Source of the DNA: Balanoglossus misakiensis
Lineage: Eukaryota > Animalia > Hemichordata
Assembly: GCA_040954595.2 (NCBI GenBank)
Contig: CM082592.2
Coordinates: forward strand, 5,880,308-5,944,307
Reading direction: 5' to 3'
Length of the DNA: 64,000 nt
The notes beneath the pieces were generated by a model. The model was given only the letters and a program-made list of their open reading frames with translations. It did not search any database and was not told the origin of the DNA. The position numbers and the translations under genes were made by a program. Below are positions 46,161 to 58,200 of the stretch, piece by piece; positions within the stretch are counted from its first letter, which is position 1; every line of letters starts with the position of its first letter.

Positions 46161-48996
46161 TCACTCTGACACCATGTCTCTTGCGATTTGAAAAGTGGCA
46201 ATGAGCGAGGCCAGCTGAATCTTCTCACTGGTGCTGGCAGCAAGACGGTATCTGTAAAAAAAAAATGGGAGCGAGATGAGTGGACAATTTCATCAATAAA
46301 TATTATCAAGACTTCAAAAACTACACACTAGCGTTTTTACAATGGCAAGGGCACACAGAAAATGATTTGGGAACTCATTTGCTGTAATCTTTTTACAAAC
46401 CCAGAAAGCTTCCCGCATACTTACTCTATGTCAGCCATTTTGTGTAAAATCTGTGTTCTCACTTTCGTTGGCAACTCAACTGTAAAGAAAAAAAGGTAGA
46501 GGGTCACATGAGTTTGATTGATTTGATCACATGCCATGCCTGTAAGGCATGGGAACATATGTCTGGTATTGATTTTTACAACAGGTCTTTGCGAATACAT
46601 TGGCAACAATGCTTTCTCTTGAAAAAAATCTAAGCAGTGACATTCTATTTAAAATTACAGCAATATGTTGCACCCTTGTTGAAATATACTTGGAGCTTAC
46701 GCTATATGCACTCAAACATCAAGGAATAAATTTAGGCAAAATCAACAAAATGCCAACATTCTAATGAGATTTGATGGTGAGCAAAATTTCTGAACAACAA
46801 ATCAGCAAATACCACAATACTTACGTCTGTGGACAAACTTATGAACTTCTGTTAAAATGTCTTGTAATGCTAAACCTTTTATTGTCTTCAGATCTGAGAT
46901 ATCTGTGACACGAAGTGTTAAGAAAACACTCGTCACGGCTGTTTGGAAATGCAACAGCGCCACCAAGAGGCAGGCTTGCACAGTTGGAGAGCCCTTGCCA
47001 CACTACCAACTTCTGACTACATGCACCAAACACCCTCTATGAAAGCAGAATCATTTAAGTACTGGAACACATCCCGACGTGGGAAGTCACCCACTATACT
47101 TGTAAAAAAAATGATTTAGCCACGTCTGGTATCACGAAAACGTCACTGATTATCAAAGGATACTGTTGTAGGCAGTGCTAAAGTTGTCATTCAGCATCCA
47201 GCTGACAATGTTGGCAATGTCTGCCTTCAATGGATGCCCTACACACGTGTACACATTGTCTTCATCGACAACGTCATGTGCCATGGATGTACTCTGAAAT
47301 GAACAGGAAAAACATGGAAATGACACAAGTTACATTTTTCACCCGAAAAAATCTTTTTCTGGTTCTTTAATTAAAGATATTGAAACAAGACTGCTAAAAC
47401 GTGAACAAATCGTCATTTGCAGCAAAGAAGGCATACTGAGTCCCACCTGTAATATATTTAGGGCTTTTCGCATGTCTCCAGTTGCCAAGGTTACTAGGGC
47501 ATTCATACCATCTTCAGTGACTTCAACTCTGGAATACAAGGAAATGTACATTTGGAATTTTCAAAAGTGTTATTTATACAGAAAATAGATTCATGACCAG
47601 TGTTTCGCCTCGGTACTTTTCACTGAATAAAACAAAATCTATTTTTTACTTACTGTTCTTTTTCGATAACATGCTGTATTCTTGGAACCATTTGTTCAAT
47701 GTCCAGAGGACCGAACCTGAACCGCGTACATCTTGATTGTAACGCTGGGATGATCTTGGTGAGGTAGTTACAGATCAGACAAAACCTGGTGTTTTCGGTG
47801 AATTTTTCAATAACTTAAAGAGAAAGCAGATCACATGACTTTGGTGATTAGACATCAGGTGTTAATAACAGCAGTGCCTTTTTTCCTTGGCTCATCTGTT
47901 TCAGACCACAATGATTGTTATTTCAAAGTGTTGTCTTTACCTCTTGTTATAGTGTACTACCGTACCTCAACATTTTAGAGACTGTGATCTTACCTCTTCT
48001 AAGAGCATTCTGGGCATCTGTTGTCATGGCATCGGCCTCATCAAGGATGACGATTTTAAAACCTGATTTGAAGATCGTTCTCGTACTCGCAAAGCTGAGG
48101 ACAGGGCCCCTAACTATACCAATACCTCTGTCATCTGAAGCATTTAACTGCAAATGAAGAACATATTAAAATTATTTTTAAAGCATAATCCAAATGATAA
48201 ACATTGTGAAGTATAATAAATATTGATAGTAAGCCACTTACCTCCAAAACCATAGAGTTGAATTCTTTTGGAGAGTATAACTGTTTGGCCACAGCCAGAA
48301 TTGTTGATGTCTTGCCAGTGCCAGGAGGTCCATAGAAGAGCAGATGAGGTAACCTATCTTCTTTTACAAATCTGTCAACTGGAGACACATTGTTTTGTGT
48401 GAAAGCCAATGAGGGAGGGGCAAGTAATGAAAGCGCCCTCTATAGATACTAAGTAGATTCCAATGGATAGTTAACTTTGCAGATCCTATCAAAACTTTTT
48501 CTCAAGAATAAAAATATTAATATTCCTCCTTTCCATGCCATCTTCAAGTATCATATTGCAATTATATGATAATTCCATGTATTATCATACAAAACAATTC
48601 TCCCTGTGATGAGTAAAAGTTTACATACTTGTTGATAAGATGTCTTTGTGTGCGATCAACTCATCTAGTTTGTTTGGTCTGTATTTCTCTACCCTGTAAG
48701 AACAAGGATCTGGGGTTAATCAGGGAAGTCCTAGCCCACTGTCAACGCGTCTGTTCGTGTGAACATGGTATGTATACATGTCATATGTACAAATGTAAAC
48801 AACACCTGAAATGTCACATCGTTGCACAGATAAAGCACAGTGGGCTTGAAATAAAAATAATACACGTCTGTGGCTCACACTCACACAGTCCCTTTATGAC
48901 ACTGTGATTACCATTTCAATCTGGAGATGTGGTTCCAATGAGAATATATTTTAATACTCACCAAGGCAAACTCCGGTTGATTTCTGCAGCCATCAT
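46161..48996 (-). CDS. RFC5: Replication factor C subunit 5 (about 10 coding exons)
   Basis: [93 protein letters not shown]-terminal [21 protein letters not shown]. Confidence 0.96.
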
Positions 48997-49214
48997 GGAA
49001 ATTTGGCGCCACACAACTACGCATGTCCGGGACAAGGGATATCGATTAGCTGATCACGTGACCATGATATCCATTTTCCAAGATGGCTACCATCTTCACT
49101 GTTGTGATCGCGAAGTTCCAGTGTACACAATCATGATGGGGATTTTCGAATCGCTGTTTCCTTTATAAACCAAACCAGACTGCTTTTGGAACGTGACAGG
49201 AAGCAGGCATAGCC
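48997..49214. promoter_or_regulatory. Bidirectional RFC5/KSR promoter with E2F-like TTTGGCGC (~49002), E-box TCACGTGA (~49054) and YY1-like CAAGATGGC (~49079)
   Basis: Divergent ATGs 218 bp apart. Motifs read directly from sequence. Confidence 0.65.
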
Positions 49215-52200
49215 ATGTCGCAAGAGGACATCACCCCAGAGCGGGTTTTAGATCAATGTCGCACAATACAAACGGTTATTGATAGTCGATTGGATTCGCT
49301 GGCTGGACTGCGTACCCAATGCGAGAACACCAGTTTTACCATCAAGCGAGAGATCAGAGAGGCGGAGGTAAGCAGGAATATGCACTGACTTGCATTTCTT
49401 TCGATTCGTAGTCGAACCATTTTATTGGGATATGCCGATCTCTTTTCTGAACAGTCCCAGCGGTACAGGGCACCGCGTGAAAGTTGTGACAAGGTCGACG
49501 GTATGTGGGTGTCCTTACGGCAAGATACGACTTGCTTGTTTGCCAAGTCACGTACGTTTTCGTCAAAAAATTCTGCAAATGTCGATTCACTTTCGTCGGT
49601 CCAAAATCGTTACACTCGCGTGGTTTCCTTCCATTGTCTGTGTACCTGACTTTTTGTCGGAAGAACGTTGCTTAACAGATAAGGAAGTAGGGGAACATTG
49701 CATTGTCAAACAATATGTCTCTGGCGTCGAGTACTTTTTCACAGGTGTATAAAGCGACCTTATTGTTGATATGGTCGGCTGGGCTGTCTTCCTCTTTCGT
49801 CAGCGCTTATCTGGGGTCCACTAGCCTTTGATGCTCCCCGAAATGTCACATAACTATTTCTTTGTGACGCAACGTACTTTGCAGGGAGAACAGAGCAACG
49901 CCACGCCACGTCCCCTCGACCCATTTTTCGGCCGTAGCATTACCTGGCCTGAACAAGGACTGTCCGAAAAGAGGCGTCTTTGTGCGAAAAAAAGTGTGTG
50001 ACCTTCAAATCGGAACACCTATGATTACATTCTGGTGAACACAATAAACTAATTCGCTCCCTTCCCTTCACAAACGTCTTAAAAGTTGCAGTGATGCTAT
50101 TTTATTTGTCGTGTAACAAATACTTTGCAGTAAACATATTGTTCTACTTCCCCTGTCCTTGGTGACTTTTAAGGAGGATGATGTCAACTGTGTCCTTATC
50201 TGCACCATAGACCTCGTTTGTGGAGGGTCTCTCTGTCTGCGCTGAATTAACATGGTGTGATAGATCTTGTCTACTTACAACTACAACTAGTTGATAAAAT
50301 TGTTCAAAACCTTTTCAAAGCATGTACAGGAATACTCCTTTTGGTGTATAGGGGAACCAGTAACAGCTACATTATACATTGGAAAAACCCAGAAATACCA
50401 TGCACATCATTCTAATAAAACCTTGTGGCGTATGTTTGTTTAATAACACTGTATGTCTGTAATTCATAAATAGCATAGTTGTTATGCTTTCTAATATGCA
50501 ATATAACATGAAATAAAAATTGGATATAAAATATTTGCTACATTATCTGTAACAAAGCTGGAATTGTGTGTCAGGAATTGACACACATCAATGCAACACT
50601 GCACGCCATTGGATAATGCTGATCGTTGACCACATCACCAGGGCCTGGATTGTAGCAATTCAACACATAACACCTCTTTTGTATCAAATTCGCACAAAAG
50701 ATGTCCATTGCAGGTTGAAGGACTTATTGTTTGTGGGTAATTGAGGTCAAATGTTGCAAAGTGTAAAAAGGGCCAACTGTGAAGCCATTGTGGTGTGTAC
50801 AACTGCCCCCATTTGTTATTGTTTTGACATCCATGGTTAGATACTGAAAACCCTGCAATAAATGCAACACTGTAGAACAAGCCCAGATGGTACATGTACC
50901 AAAGCCACACCTGTTTTCTTGGTTTCGTTTGATTGACAGATTTTAAGGATAATGACAATGTTATGATTTTAAGGGGATGAATCCCAAAACAGACCAAACA
51001 TTCTGCCAGTCTTGTATATGTAACTTGCCACTGGTCAGTCCTCGTCCGCCGAAGTCCCCAGAAAAGAACAGAAATACTGCCCATTCACAAATCAAGGGCA
51101 AGTACATAGCCCCCACATTACATATAGTGAGGATGTCATTTCTCTACATGTGAAACATATGGACTGTTGTCATTCATTGGGCACCATCTTGTTCTGGAGA
51201 ATGCTAAGAATATCGTTCACTATACGCCATCTTGGTCAGAGAAAAACTAAAATGTAATCTTCCCCAAAACACTCTATATAATACATAACATGTAATGTAC
51301 ACTACCCCTGACTTTCCTGTAACTTTTGATACCAGGGGTCAATGCACTGCTGCCAGTGATATGTACATGTTTTTCTTCAGAATCATTTTTCAGGTACATG
51401 TATAAACAAAACTATCCATTTTAGCGTGAACTCTGACTCACTGAGACAGTCCTCTTACTGCAAACACAAGAGCTATCATTACACAACAATTTTTCTCAGT
51501 ACATTGTGAGCATGTTCAGAATAGTTGACTGATGTGTCATATCCAGGTGTGTGTGTGCATTGTCAGTTGTATTGTACTTGAAAACACTCTCTGGCCAACC
51601 TCCAGTGGGTCGATTGTCGTGTGACTTTGTTTTGGTCCGTTGGTCGTTTAGCATGTGATCGTCCCATTTGTAATACAGAATCAGTGTGGGACCTCACATG
51701 ATCAAATTACCCTCCATTCCAATATGAGTTTATATGAAAGTTTAATTAATTCATATATTAGAAGAAGCTGGGGGTACCCTGTGAGTCACTCCCAAGTCAT
51801 TGACCAGATGCATCTTGTACTCTTCCCCGTAAAGCTTTGAGCTAAAGTTGGCAATGACTGTACACTACAGTTGATCTTGAAAATAGTCTAATCCTTGATT
51901 TCAGCGTAAACATCTTTATATTTATGACCTTACACTATATCAGGAAATTTGCTGTTTTATGTCCCAGAGATTTGTTTGTCCTCCATGAATGTTGAAACGA
52001 CTCTGTCAGTCTTGTCCAAACTTGTAAAATCGGTATTTGTACTTTTCAAGGGTATTCTCAAAGACGATCACCAATATTGCATACCTTGTTGTACTAAATT
52101 GCATATACACTCGATTTAAAACAACCTGTGGAACAATTTGATTGAACAGCATTTGAAGGGCATCATGAACTGTGTGTGAACGATACTTGAACATGGCTTC

Positions 52201-55200
52201 TTTGACCTTGGGAGGGGGGGGGGGGGTTTGTCTTTGGGAGCCTTGGTTAGAAGCCTGTCTTATCAAAGGTCACGGGGTGAAAATTGAAATGATATAACTC
52301 TGTGGAGCATAGCCAATGACTCAGCCTCTGGCACTAACCGTGAACACTGCAGGGTTTGTGCTGATGTGGTTGTTAAGGTCAACACTGACAATGGGAGATG
52401 GGCTTCAGGGTCAGGCTTTCTGTGCTGGACTTTTGTCAATATGGCCTTGTAACAGATTTATTATATAAATTCACAAAAAACACATGATCTATGCACGTAA
52501 ACAGCTGCATAAGTGTTATTCATTGTACGATAATATCAAACTATATAAGTCATCTGTTGGCCTGCTTTTCGACTGAGGTCATTTTGGATTGTGGGTACCA
52601 TAGACCGTGTTTTGGATGTACATAACATGAGATGCAAATGTAGTCTTTCATAATAAACCAAACAATATGAAATGGCATTGGCGTACAACCCTACTAACTT
52701 ATTAATAAGCACCTTACTCAACTGCTGACATGAATTTTTGGAAGTTCTGTTGGTGTAATGTCCCCCCAATATGGATCGGGGTTGTGTCACAGCTAGCCCA
52801 GCATGGCAGCCAGTGAGCCAGTGACCTCTTAATGACCTTACACACGCAGTCGCCATAACGCAGTGCCACATCACAGCTGCGTATCCACAGTTTTGTCTCT
52901 TAGACAAGGATTGGAGGTGGCTTGGTTGGTTTTGTGAGGTTACTTGACTGCTATTGTTAGTGTTTCCTGTATCTCAGCAATAAGTAAAAGAAAATGTATG
53001 TTGTAGTGTGTGTATCTTGTCTGTAATATGGCTTGTCGGGTTACATTGTGTAAATTGTCACGAGCCCCAAAACTCCGACTACCACTTGGCACTACTACCC
53101 AATGGCGCCTGGCTCTTTAGACAAATACATTCTGTTCTATAGATACCAATAAAAATATAGTGGTTTTTTTTCAGAAATATATCTCTAGTGTCAAAGAACT
53201 CTCTAGTCCAAAGTATGCCTGTGTTCCCCATGAAGTCAAAAGTTTCTGAGTTAATGTCTGTACTTTCTCAACTAACTGCATTGCGTTAGATATAGACAGT
53301 GTCCAGTGGGTGTCCAGGGTTTTGAAAATGTAAAACACAGTTTCACAACCCTCAGTGACTGTGTTATGTCACTGCCACATGCTGGTGTGGGATGAATGTG
53401 GACTGGACTGTATTTCAAATGTAGAAATGTCTGAGGCATATTTACACTGGCCACATGACCCCCCAGGCCACGAATAACACATCGAGCAATACGGTACTGG
53501 GGATAGATCGGAACTACAGAATGCCAGTTTCTCGACTCTGTTAACTGTAGAGCTGTACCATTCCCACGGTACAGTCTAAAAATCACAGATGCTTTACCAT
53601 AGTTGAACTTTGTGATTCGCTCATAAATGACTACATCAATTCATACATTTACGCCGTACCAAACAGTGCCTTTACTGAAGCATTACTGCAGTGTCTCAAC
53701 GAGCGATGCTTAAATTGATTTTGACGGCAGTTAGCAACAGGAATGTATGCGAGGTCGGGCGGCAACATCGTCGTAACCACAGCTGCACACGTTTGCACCA
53801 CCAGGGGTACGGTGACCACAAGCTGGCCACTGCTACACAGAACACAGTTTACATCTGTCGGCCACAACCACAAACCGATGACCGCACACAACAAGTGCTG
53901 CTGCCAGGCTAATAAATCAGAACTGGGCAAATTATTACTAATATGTTTACAGTTGCCAAGAAAATTGTATAAAAACATTGCCTGGGGCGAACTCGTGTGA
54001 CCTTTGACCTGTCGGGTGCCTGGATCCAGGGGTTTTAATGCCATTATCTTTCAGATCGAAGGGATTGTCTTGTGTTTGGAATGGATTCTCAAGTGGTGTA
54101 GGCTCTGCCGGTTGTTCTAATGGTGTCTGACATGCCGGATTAGTTTCTGCCAGAGTATTCCCAACAAAATGCACTTTTTGAGAAATGTCAAACGTCGTGT
54201 GCTCTGCCTTGTATAATAATGTACACACACATGTCAAGACGCATGCTTACACATGGTTACCTATTACTTTTCACAGAACAAGTTGCTGGAATTATTCTGT
54301 AAGCAGCTGTCCTTCAAGAATAAATATTCCTTCAATGGAGAACGGTCATCAGATCTGGAGAATCTGCAGGGCTACCCCAGCTTGGCCAAGTGGCTCACAG
54401 TGGTTGATATCAATCAGAACACAGCTAAGGTACGTATAGGGGTGACCCCTACCTGGAGTGGAAGTCACAGTTACATTACATTTTTTCTATAAAATACTTC
54501 CTTAGCTTTTAAAGGGAAGCACTGATACACCAAAAATCGATTGAAATCTGGCGTGCAGTCTGCAAATTATTCGATCGATTGTGTAGTCAGGTTGCTTGCA
54601 GAAGAAAAATCTCCAGGATTTTTCGTTGAGCTACATTTTCTTCACAGCCCTGTATCACTCTATAATTTGTTGTTAGATTTTTTGTGGATTTCACAGTTCT
54701 GGTCAATCTGCTTTGTATTCTGTAGGGTGTCTGTAGCCGACTGGGTAAGCTGGAAAGTCTGCTTGAGCTGTCTGACTCGGCGATCATCAGTCTGCTAAGT
54801 CACCATGGGGCGGAGGAAAAAGAAGCCACCAGACTCATATCAGCACTGAAGTCTCTCAAGAGGGTGCTAGTGGGTAAGTGTCCACCTGTGATGTCATCAG
54901 GTCATACACATGTACGTGTCAGGTGTGGTCCAGTTCAGTCTGGTTTGATCTACCGGTAGTTTGGTTGGGACTGCTCTGAGCTACGGGCACTTGTGGGTGT
55001 CGGTAGCTCTTGATCTCGCGTCTGGTTTTGACTGGTTTGAGCCGGTCTTGCATCACATCATTTAAATTTTAATGTGTTCAAATAAAAGTTGGTTAACAGA
55101 GTGGAGAGTAAGCGCTGGGAACATGTAAGAAATCTTCGTTCTTGTTGTCTCGCAGCCCTTTCCAAGGGAGACAACGCCAAGGACTTGCACATTGACCACT

Positions 55201-58200
55201 GGGACGGATTACTCGAAGAGAGCCCCCCTGAGCCGTCCAGCTCCCCGCGGCAGCTGAGACCGTCAATGTCGTCCGCTCCACACGAACACTTGGACAACCA
55301 TCTCATTCCACCAACCACGCCGCCTCCGTTCTGCAACGAGAGCCACCCGGCGGCCATGTGGAGGGTCACGCCCCCTCCCACGCCGACCATGAAGAAGGGG
55401 GGGAGCAAGCTCCCGAGTAAAGGGACGCCCCCTCCGTACAAGAAGTTGGCCGTTCCGGAGAGTACGCTGAAACGGAGCAAATCTGACGATGCTGCCCTCA
55501 GTCACAGGATTATTAACATGGGCATGGATGCAAAGTAAGTAGTGTTTAATTTTACACCCACATCTGTATAATTAACCCTTTCACCTAAATGGTTCAGGCC
55601 CAAACCCATTGTTTTCTGTGGTAAGGTTGGACCTCTAAAGAGGGAACTGGGGTGAAAGGGTTAAAGCTATGTCATTCTGTTACCCAATACTCATCTGTGG
55701 ACAGTGTACAATACCCATGCAAATGAGAGTGCAGAGTGCCAATATGGCTGACACATACAGTGTGTATACCTGTGTGCTGTTTGACTGAAGTATTCTTTTT
55801 TGACTCCGGGCAAGTCATTCTCATAATTCTCTTCAATTTCACGGAAAATCCGTGGATTGAAACACAAGGGTCCACGTTAGATGATTGCATTGTTTAGTGG
55901 AATATTAATTGAATATGCAGTAATGTGATGCGTATCTTTGTTCATCCTAGACATTGTAAGAAACCCAACAATTTGAAGATGCCAAACACCTACGGCAGCC
56001 ACGAAGGTTTGACTAAGCGACGGATGTCCGTCGAATCTGATTCTGATGCCGGTGCTACCTGTAGTAGTGGCCATTCATCTCCGAGGAGGACCTCCCCTGC
56101 AAGGACGCCACCAACGCCACATCACCATCTGATTGAAAACAAAGACGATCTGCTGGTCAGATCACATGGTAGGTGTAAATTCAAAGAGTTTGTTATTAGA
56201 TCTCCCCATGTGAAGACCTGTGTCACTCAAACTTGGAACACACAGAGTTCTCCCCAGGTTGACTTGTGTGCTGGCTACTCATTAATATTCATACTCATTA
56301 ATATTCATGTCTGTTGCAAGTCATACCCATTCATCAGTGTATCAAAATTAGACTATAGCCTAGCTTTTTCACTTGAGCACTGGTAAGGCCCAACCACCGC
56401 CGACCAGCGTTGGGAGAACCCTGCACACATAGTGGCTAGAAATGTAACTCTTTCCATGATTGTTTTGAACCTAGCAGCAACACTGCCAAGTCGGCCACCA
56501 AAGTCTCCTCGCGCTCCAGCGAAAAACATGGTCCATAACATCAAGCACAGGTGAGTCAATATGAAAATACATCTTTATACAAAATATGTACGTCAGTCCC
56601 AAACTTGAGAAGTGAAGGGTCTTGCTCAAGGGCACAAACACCATGCCTATCTCTGAGCCCCAGAAGCCATTGCAGCAGCCTAATACGTCCTTTGTACAAG
56701 TTAAACTTTGAACTAAAAGTTATGAATAAGAAATTATGTGACATCTGTTTAGCTTGTCTGAAATCATTCTACTTTTTTTTCTCCGCAGATTTACCAAGAA
56801 GAATTTCTTTTTTCCACAAAAGTGTGATTATTGTTTTGAAAATGTCATGTTTAAAGGTTATAGGTGTAAGGAATGCAAGTGAGTCCCAACTTCCGGTTAT
56901 TATAGATTTCCTTCCCTTTTTGTCAGTGGAGTATGGTCAGTTCATCCAAGTCGTCGCTTTTGCAAGTAGAAATTACGCACAGTGGAAAACCACGAAACCA
57001 CCACAAGCAAAATACTTTCTTAACCATAATGTGTGTAAGATGTAGTAACCTTTAGCCTGCAACTCTCAGCACAACTGCAAATTATTGAAGGGTGACACAG
57101 TGGTGATCGGTTGTATTCAGTGGTCTGACGACAGTTCCAATTTATTGCTAGCCTAATTAGAATGTGTACGAACGTGTGTCAAAATTGATATGTCCGGTGA
57201 GAGGCTGCATTGACGAAAATCGGAAACTGTAAAAGTCTGTCGTGCCTCTCTGCTCACAGAAACATTTGTCCCTCACAGATTCATTTGTCACACCAAGTGC
57301 GAGACTGCATTGACAAATTCTGAAACCGTAAACGTCTGCTGCGTCTCTGCCCACAGATACATTTGTCACACCAAGTGCGAAGCCAGCGCCAGGTACCTCC
57401 CGTCGTGCGGTCTGCCGGTCGGCTACGAGCAAGCCTTCAAGCAAGAAATCACAAATCCAGGTAAGAAATTCCCCCTGCGCACAATGTGTGTGTGTGCACA
57501 TCTGATGCACAATCCAAAAACTGTGTTGCTGTGATATCAAACTTTTCCAATGGTCTCCCAGAATTCAGCTCAGGCAAAATGTCTGCAACAAAGTCGGGTT
57601 GGTTAGTAACATTTGAGATTTGCATTTTTTCAGAAAATCCAATATGGCCGCCAGGTCACGTGACTAATTAAGTATTCACAAGTCACTGCACATCTAGTGT
57701 TGATTACCACTCTTGAGTGCGAAACACGATATGGCAGTGAAACCCAAGGGGTTGGCTCTTTAAACACTGGTGTAGAGAAATGGCATGAAATCTGTGTGTG
57801 TCGTTCTTGAATACATGGACGACGAAATGTAAAAATTCCATCAGCTGTGTTATAACCCAATTATAAGAACTGAACGTGCAAAGCGATTAATCTTGTGTTT
57901 CTGTTGTGTTTTATTAATTTGTGACCTAATCACGGTGTGTGATTTTATAACCATTTTGTTAGTTGTCTTCAGAGGACATACTCGTAGAACTAGGTCAACA
58001 AACTGACATGACATTGTAGGAGGTCAAACCTATAATTTGCTGTGTGTCGTTCTTGCTGTTGCGTGCATGCTCGTTTGCTTGTGGAACACACAAATGTTTA
58101 TTTTGAACAATTTTTTTTGTCTCTGTTGCCACTCAGGGAAAGACTCGCCTTTATTTGACCGAAGAACAGGTACTATTTCATTTTCATGATTTGCATCAAA

